64,000 bases of DNA from an uncultured Prevotellaceae bacterium (GTDB lineage: Bacteria > Bacteroidota > Bacteroidia > Bacteroidales > Bacteroidaceae). A program made the translations under genes and the position numbers. Location: positions 997-64,996 of the forward strand of contig CACYRB010000005.1 in NCBI GenBank assembly GCA_902776685.1, written 5' to 3'. How positions within the stretch are numbered: the stretch's first letter is position 1; each line of letters starts with the position of its first letter. Positions 57,971 through 64,000 of this stretch are shown piece by piece. A model generated the notes under the pieces. That model saw only the letters and a program-made list of their open reading frames with translations. It was not told the origin of the DNA and made no database searches.

Positions 57971-60343
57971 TTATTGTATGATGTATTTCTTTCCATTGCG
58001 AATATAGAGCCCTTTCTGCGGAACGGAAGCGAGGCGGCGCCCTTGCAGGTCATAGACGGTATGCGGCCCTTGGCCTAATGAATAATGATTGGTGAACGAA
58101 GAATTATTCATTATTCCTTCTTCATCGTTCATTAGTGAAACGCTATAGATGCCTGTGCTGCCGGAGTTGCTGCCGTCGAGCACCCATGCCTGAACGTTGA
58201 CGGGCATGGTGGCGTTGGCTGTCAGCACCTCAGCTTCTACCTGTGATGCGTCGGTGGAGAAGATGCGTGTGGAGAAGGCCCAGCGGTCGTTGACGAAGAT
58301 GTCGGCAATGGACCCGTCGAGGAACACGTGCAGCTTGAGCTTCTGGCCATTGCCCACCTTTTCCGGCAGTATGGCGGTCCATGTGCCGTTGTCGGTCTTG
58401 ACACGGTTGAGCGTGGAGGTTGTGAGCGTCAGCGCACCTGTTGCAACGTTATAGCGCAGCTGTGCCATCTTGTTGCCTGACTTGAGAAATCGGAAACCGC
58501 AGTAGCCCGATGTGCCTACGGTGAACTCGCCGAGCAGTTCAATGTGGTTGCCGCTGACGGGTGTGAGTGACTGCGAACCGTTCAGCGACAACTCCTGGCT
58601 GTAGGATACCGATGAGCGGAGGGCGGTGAGTCCGTCGTAGGGCTTTTGCACGAGCTGTCCGCTGCCGTCGATGCTAATCTGGCGAGGCAGTGAGAAGGTG
58701 TGAGCCCATCCCATGCGGGCGTTGTCCTCGGTAGAGATTTTGTCGGGCACGATGCCGAGCAGCAGCGTCTGGTTGCCAAACTGACCGATGGTGGGGGAGA
58801 GCAGGCCGTATCCGTCCTTGCCGATACCGCCCATCTCGAGTGTCTGCACTTTGTCGATGCCTCCGTCGGGGGTAAACGTGCCGTCGGTGCCGATGGTACC
58901 CACCCAGCAGAGGTTGCGCACACCGGTGGAGAGTCCCTGCGGTGTACAGGTGAACAGGTACTTGCCGTCGTTCAAGGGTGTGACGTTTGGCATCTCCCAG
59001 AACACGCCGTACTGTGCAGCATTGGTGGACTTGAAAAACAGTTTCCCGTCGTTGCTCCATGAGGAGCCGTTCCACTTGTGGAGCGTGGCGCAACCCATGC
59101 CGCCCTTCTTGCCGCCGACAATGATGTACTTCTGTCCGTTGGCCTCGAAATAGTAGGGGTCGCGGAAATCTTCGTCGAGTCCTCGCTGACCGTCGATGAC
59201 AACGCGCTTGTCAGTCCACTCGATGAGAGTGTTGTCTGTGGCACGTGCCTGGGCAATTTTCGCACCTTGTCCGACGGCAGTGTAGAGGATGTAGGTGTTG
59301 CCTCCGTCCTCATAGACGCAGCCACTCCAGCAGCCGTCTTTGTCGAACGTCTCGTCGGGACCGATGGCGATGGGCTCCTCGTGCCACGAGCAGAGGTCGG
59401 TCGAAGTGTTGTGTCCCCAGTGTAGGCGGTACATATAAGGTCCGTTGGGGTTTTTCTGCGAGAAGATGTGCCACTTGCCTCCGCTGAACAGCATGCCGTG
59501 GCTCTCGTTCGTCCACGAGCCCGACGGCATGGCGTGGAACAACGGCCGCCACAGTGCTTCAGTGCCCTGCTCATAGCGCAAGGCTGGGTAGGCAAGGTCG
59601 GCTCTGACGGGAACGTTAACGGGAACTGCAATGACGTCGTTGTAGATGGCGATGTCGTCGATGGCGCCGCAGAAGGTGTTGAGCAAGAACATGCCCTCGC
59701 GAACGTCGGCAGGCTCTTTGCCAATCATGAAGTCGGTATCGCTATGGCGCAGGCTGCACCGGTTGTTCTTCTTCGAGGCAATCAGTGTCCCGTTGAGATA
59801 GAGACCGACAGCATTGTTGGCCTTGTCGAAGGTCATCGTCACCTGGCACCATTTTCCGCGCGGCAGCCGCTCGGTACTTGTCAGTGTGATGGCTGCTCCT
59901 CCGGCGTTATAGGCTACATAGGTCTTTAGTTGCAGCCGTCCGTCGGAGGAAAGCTGCAGGGCAAAGCCTTTCTTGTTGGTCTCGTCGAGGTTGCCGCATA
60001 GGATACACCAGACGTTGCCGTTCGCCGTCGAAGCGGTCTGCATCATGGGGTAGGCTTCGGCAGCCAGCACCACTTGCAGTGTTAGCTGTTCGTCGCTCAG
60101 CGAAGCGATGGGCAGCCCGCCTCTGACGTAGTTTGAGTAGCCGTCGAACCGCAGGGCCTGTCCGTTCATCGCCTCGACAGTGCAGGCGGGAAGCTGCGAG
60201 GCAACGGTATACGACTGGTTGGATATGAGTTCTTTTACTGCGTTGCCACTGAGCGACATGTCGTAATGGGCTACCGGCGTTTGTGCTGTTGCGACCATGA
60301 CGACCGCCGCAAGCATGGTAAGTAGGAGTGACTTGAGTTTCAT
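57971..60343 (-). CDS. Secreted GH32 fructan-active enzyme with N-terminal LamG/ConA-like domain and T9SS-like C-terminal tail
   Basis: WTNESHG, HWGH, WSG, FRDP and WEMP GH32 motifs; FCGAIDDIAIY (LamG); tail YDLQGRR..KGLYIRNGKKYII. Confidence 0.88.
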   Translation of the reverse strand: MKLKSLLLTMLAAVVMVATAQTPVAHYDMSLSGNAVKELISNQSYTVASQLPACTVEAMNGQALRFDGYSNYVRGGLPIASLSDEQLTLQVVLAAEAYPMMQTASTANGNVWCILCGNLDETNKKGFALQLSSDGRLQLKTYVAYNAGGAAITLTSTERLPRGKWCQVTMTFDKANNAVGLYLNGTLIASKKNNRCSLRHSDTDFMIGKEPADVREGMFLLNTFCGAIDDIAIYNDVIAVPVNVPVRADLAYPALRYEQGTEALWRPLFHAMPSGSWTNESHGMLFSGGKWHIFSQKNPNGPYMYRLHWGHNTSTDLCSWHEEPIAIGPDETFDKDGCWSGCVYEDGGNTYILYTAVGQGAKIAQARATDNTLIEWTDKRVVIDGQRGLDEDFRDPYYFEANGQKYIIVGGKKGGMGCATLHKWNGSSWSNDGKLFFKSTNAAQYGVFWEMPNVTPLNDGKYLFTCTPQGLSTGVRNLCWVGTIGTDGTFTPDGGIDKVQTLEMGGIGKDGYGLLSPTIGQFGNQTLLLGIVPDKISTEDNARMGWAHTFSLPRQISIDGSGQLVQKPYDGLTALRSSVSYSQELSLNGSQSLTPVSGNHIELLGEFTVGTSGYCGFRFLKSGNKMAQLRYNVATGALTLTTSTLNRVKTDNGTWTAILPEKVGNGQKLKLHVFLDGSIADIFVNDRWAFSTRIFSTDASQVEAEVLTANATMPVNVQAWVLDGSNSGSTGIYSVSLMNDEEGIMNNSSFTNHYSLGQGPHTVYDLQGRRLASVPQKGLYIRNGKKYIIQ

Positions 60344-60434
60344 GTCAATTATTATTTTAAAGCCATCATTGCAAAGTTACTTTGATTTACTATTTTTCAA
60401 ATTATAATTTACAATTTATAAATTAATTTATAAT

Positions 60435-61568
60435 TTATTTGATGAACTTTTTGCCGCCAATGATGTAGATGCCGGGTTTGGATGAAGGATGAGAGATGAG
60501 GGATGAAAGATTATCAGCCACTTTTCTGCCTTGCAAGTCATAAATGGATGAATGATGAGAGATGAGGGATGAAGGGTCATTATGCATTATATTAATGCTT
60601 GTCGGTTGGAGTGCGGCCTTCGACTTGAGATAGTTCAAAGCATTGGCAGAGAGCGTCTTCACATTGTCCATATACTCGTTTTCGTTCACCCACTGGTAGG
60701 CTGCCGGTCCGCAAGTGATGACGGTGCCCTTCCACTCTTCACCGTTGAACATGCCTGGCAGGAACTCGACGATGAAGGCGCCGAAATAGTCCTCTATGTG
60801 TCCCCATGTACCCAACACCTGACAGTTCCACGACTCTTCAAAGTCAGCAAGTTTCTCGGGGTCGTCGTTGGCTCTCACCCCTTCGGTTGTATAGTCGAGC
60901 GTGATGCCCTCAGCCTTGGGATACAAATCGTTCTAACCTGTGTTGATGTCGGTCATCCAACTCGTGGTCTTCATCAGGGCGTACCCTGCTTTGCCCTCGC
61001 CGTCGGTAAGGTCGGTGGAGATGTTGTTATAGATAGGATGAGAGGTACGATCGTAAACGCCACCCATGTTGGCATTGATAACCCATAGTTTCAGTGCTCC
61101 GTCGGTGAAAGCGAATCCGCCATGGCCCTTCTCTGTGGGCTCGCACATGCGTCCAATGAGGTGTGCCATGGGCACGGCCTCTTTGGTCAGGAACAGAGTT
61201 CCGCCCCGCTGCACGAAGTCTTGTACGCTGAGAATGAAGTCAAGGTCTTCGAGGAGTGCTGTGTTCTCGTCGTAGCTCTTGTGAGGAATGTCGATGTTAA
61301 TCCACATCACGCTGACGTCATCCATGCAGCCATCTTCGTTGCTTGTAATCTGCGCAGGATTAAGAAACTTACCGTCGCCGGTAGCGCCCAGCTCGGTATT
61401 CACAAAGGTTTGGTCAAACCATGCTTGGGTCTTTTCCTGTTCACCCAGTGCGTCGTTAAATTCTTCTTTGCCGTCGGTCAGTCCCCAGACGTAGGCAATC
61501 TTCTGGGCTATGGCCGTGTTGGCGGTCAGCAGCAATACTGCTGTGAAACAAAATATTTTCTTCACCAT
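60435..61568 (-). pseudogene. DUF4960-like secreted protein interrupted by a single in-frame TAG
   Basis: ORFs 60933-61568 and 60435-60926 are in one frame: DINTG*NDLYPKAEG versus DINTGWNDLLPKGEG in the adjacent paralog. Confidence 0.85.
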
Positions 61569-61806
61569 TTTAATTTACGATTTGCGATTTTTTTTTCAAT
61601 TTTTCACATTTTAACTTTTTCACCTTTTCTAAAAAATCGTCCAGACTTCGCCTGTCTCTTCTCCGTCGAGATCAGTATTGTCGAAGGTCTCGTCGCCTTC
61701 GTTATATTTAAGGGCAAGCGATGCACAAATCATTTGTTGCTGATGTACCACGACAATTTTTAACACGGGATATATATATACTTTTTTCATAGAAGGACTC
61801 CTTTTA

Positions 61807-63408
61807 TTATTTTATAATTACCTTTTTCCCGTTGACGATGTAGACACCTTTTTGGGATGAGGGATGAGAGATGAGAGATGATGGATTAGTAGCAACCTTG
61901 CGGCCCTGCAAGTCATAAACGGATGAAGGAAGAGAGATGAGGGATGAAGGGCCATTATGCATTATATCGATGGCTGTTATGTTATCGTCGGCATCGATGT
62001 TGATGGTAAACGATGGAACCTCCTTAGCGTCGCCAGTGCTTTCGACAACAAGGAAAGCCTTGCCGGCAGCTACGGTCGAGCTGTCGCCCAGCTTGTGGAA
62101 TCCGAGAGGCACAGTGTTGCTCTTCGACAGCACATAAAGTGTTTGCCCGTCATAGGCAGCTTTCAGCTGGCTGCCCGACTGGTCGGTTGTGGTGCCGGCA
62201 AAGGCGTTTTCGCCCAGCGATTCGGCAGGAACAGGATAAAACTGGAACTGGAAAGTCTTGGCCTCGTTACCCACGAGCAGCACCCCCGTGTTGGCAGGAA
62301 TGACATTTCCCGAGACCTTCGTCAGCGACAGCGTGTTCGTGTTGACAGAGGCAGTATAAGCCGTGACGCCCGACGGAATGAGAGCCGACTGGTCGGCATA
62401 GAAAGTAGAGGCATACCGGCTTGTGCCAATCTCGGCAGCAGGACTAAACGTCACGTCGGCCATAGTCGCGGGCTTGGTGAGCAGATAGTTAACGGCGTTC
62501 TTCGTGAACAGTTTGACGTTGTCGAGAAAAGCATTCTCGTTCACCCACTGGTAGGCAGCCGGTCCGCAAATGATGACAGTGCCCTTCCAGTCTTCACCGT
62601 TGAACAGGCCAGGCAGGAACTCAACGATGAAGGCACCGAAGTAGTCGCCGATGTGTCCCCATGTGCCAAGGTCGATGCAGTTCCAGCTTCTCTCAAAGTT
62701 GCGCAGCTTGTTAGGGTCGAAGTTGGCATCCTCAGTAGAAGAGGCATTCACACCCTCGCCCTTGGGCAGCAGGTCGTTCCAACCCGTGTTGATGTCGGTG
62801 AACCACGACGTAGTGCTCTCGAAGGCAAACCCCTCGGCACCGTCGTCAAGGCCGTCGGTCTTAGCCGTGCCGATGCCGTCATAGACAGGATGGCTTCTGC
62901 GGTCGAACGAGCCGCCAAGATTGGCATTGATAACCCACTGCTTCAGCGCACCCCCGGAATTGGTAAAGCCGCCGTGCCCCTTCTCCGACGGTTCACACAT
63001 GCGACCCATGAGATTAATCATGGGCACCGCCTCCTTCGTCAGCAGCAGCGAGCCGCCACCCTTCACAAAGTTAGTCAGAGCCTCAACAAAAGCCGGATTG
63101 TTGTAAAGGGCAACGTTGTCGCTGTAGGAGTTGGCAGGTCGGTCGACGTTTAGCCACACTACGCTGACATCGTCCATCTTTCCGTCGATGTTGTTGATAA
63201 ATTCGTTCATGTCGAGAAATTTGCCGACACTCCTGGGGCAGGTCTCAAACGACTCGTTGACAAAATACTGGTCGAAGAAAGTCTGCGCTTTCTCCATCTC
63301 GCCCGTATTATCATTTGTCAGCCCCCATACATAGGCCACCTTCTGTGCCCAAGCACCATTTGTTACCAGCAGCAACGCTGCTACAAAAAATAAAATTCTT
63401 TTCATCAT
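61807..63408 (-). CDS. DUF4960-like secreted protein with T9SS-like C-terminal tail
   Basis: Signal peptide; VWLNVDR, VKGGGSLLL, LGTWGHI and ICGPAAYQW motifs; extra beta domain; tail YDLQGRK..GVYIVNGKKVIIK. Confidence 0.75.
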   Translation of the reverse strand: MMKRILFFVAALLLVTNGAWAQKVAYVWGLTNDNTGEMEKAQTFFDQYFVNESFETCPRSVGKFLDMNEFINNIDGKMDDVSVVWLNVDRPANSYSDNVALYNNPAFVEALTNFVKGGGSLLLTKEAVPMINLMGRMCEPSEKGHGGFTNSGGALKQWVINANLGGSFDRRSHPVYDGIGTAKTDGLDDGAEGFAFESTTSWFTDINTGWNDLLPKGEGVNASSTEDANFDPNKLRNFERSWNCIDLGTWGHIGDYFGAFIVEFLPGLFNGEDWKGTVIICGPAAYQWVNENAFLDNVKLFTKNAVNYLLTKPATMADVTFSPAAEIGTSRYASTFYADQSALIPSGVTAYTASVNTNTLSLTKVSGNVIPANTGVLLVGNEAKTFQFQFYPVPAESLGENAFAGTTTDQSGSQLKAAYDGQTLYVLSKSNTVPLGFHKLGDSSTVAAGKAFLVVESTGDAKEVPSFTINIDADDNITAIDIMHNGPSSLISLPSSVYDLQGRKVATNPSSLISHPSSQKGVYIVNGKKVIIK

Positions 63409-63508
63409 TCTAATTTACGATTTGACGATTTCTTTTAGTCGCTACGCTTTGTAAAAGCGCTAAAGCGAGTCCTATTTACTATTTATTTTTCAATTTTTCA
63501 CCTTTTCA

Positions 63509-63530
63509 ACGCGGCACGCCGCGTCCCTAC
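63509..63530 (-). repeat. GTAG-type REP-like palindrome
   Basis: Minus strand reads GTAGGG-ACGCGGC-GT-GCCGCGT. Confidence 0.55.
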
Positions 63531-63798
63531 ATGCTAATGGAGACTTATCACTTTTCACTTATCACTTTTCACTTCTTAATTTTTTACCTTTTAACTTCTT
63601 CACTCGTTTCCGGGTGTAAAATTATTACATATTATTCTGCATAAATTCAACATTTGTTTCAATCGTTGTAACATTTCGTTCAATGCAACAATAATAATAT
63701 CTTTTGAACGATTTATGTAAAAGGCAAAAAGTAAAAAGGTGAAAAAGCTTTGTCGTGTTTGCTTCTTCACCTTTTTACTTTTTCACCTTTTCACTTTT

Positions 63799-64000
63799 TT
63801 ACTTTTTCAGATAGTCGATGCAGTTGCCAGTGAAAAGCTTCAACTCCGAGATTTTGCTATTGGGCACGTCCCCCGTGTTCCACTCGTATGCTGCCAGACC
63901 GACAGCCAGGATGCGAGCCTGGCAAGTAGTGACAGGGTTGAAATCGACGATACCTGCGCAACAGTAGTCCACCACATGGTTCCACGTGCCGAGCACCGAG
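63799..64000 (-). CDS. 3' end of a further DUF4960-like protein (runs off the right edge)
   Basis: VLGTWNHVVDYCCAGIVDF..ILAVGLAAYEW aligns with LGTWGHIGDYFGAFIVEF..ICGPAAYQW of the neighbours; no T9SS-like tail. Confidence 0.75.
   Translation of the reverse strand, partial: SVLGTWNHVVDYCCAGIVDFNPVTTCQARILAVGLAAYEWNTGDVPNSKISELKLFTGNCIDYLKK

Noticed and set aside
60933-60935. Genome-wide TAG recoding or pyrrolysine
   Set aside because: TAG is an ordinary stop elsewhere (menA, leuA, leuC, kdsB), and the aligned residue is Trp, one base from TAG
1-64000. tRNA or rRNA genes
   Set aside because: No cloverleaf with T-loop/CCA or rRNA-like stretch recognised in the intergenic regions by eye

Overview
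A 64 kb chromosomal segment of a Bacteroidota bacterium, most likely Prevotella-like. This is inferred from TAnnTTTG promoters, gene content, heptamer microrepeats and short Prevotella-type C-terminal secretion tails. Most of the window is housekeeping or metabolic: glnS (partial), mltG, a LytTR two-component pair, ribE, menA, nifJ, lpxC-fabZ/lpxD, metA, a U32 protein, a TonB receptor, rhaBATD, dnaB, leuACD-cimA-msrA, kdsB, glgB, serC-serA-DUF1015-yigZ, and the end of a fructan locus (GH32 plus tandem DUF4960-like paralogs). The main candidate novel system is a six-gene operon at 30849-39305. It encodes a vWA/MIDAS lipoprotein, a membrane protein, a divergent tubulin/FtsZ-like GTPase, a 1157-aa protein with an actin/Hsp70-type ATPase domain, a coiled-coil protein that may be GrpE-like, and a Zn-ribbon membrane protein. 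Other notable items: (i) three diverged copies of a ~400-bp intergenic element with a 22-bp-period palindrome array and exactly conserved GTTAA/TTAAC spacings; (ii) a second 22-bp repeat plus hairpin family; (iii) a Leu-rich leader-peptide attenuator before leuA; (iv) a candidate 6S-like RNA and two other long hairpins with promoters; (v) decayed MmeI-like and MuF phage fragments; (vi) heptamer repeats inside coding sequence. All calls come from reading motifs by eye; no searches were run.
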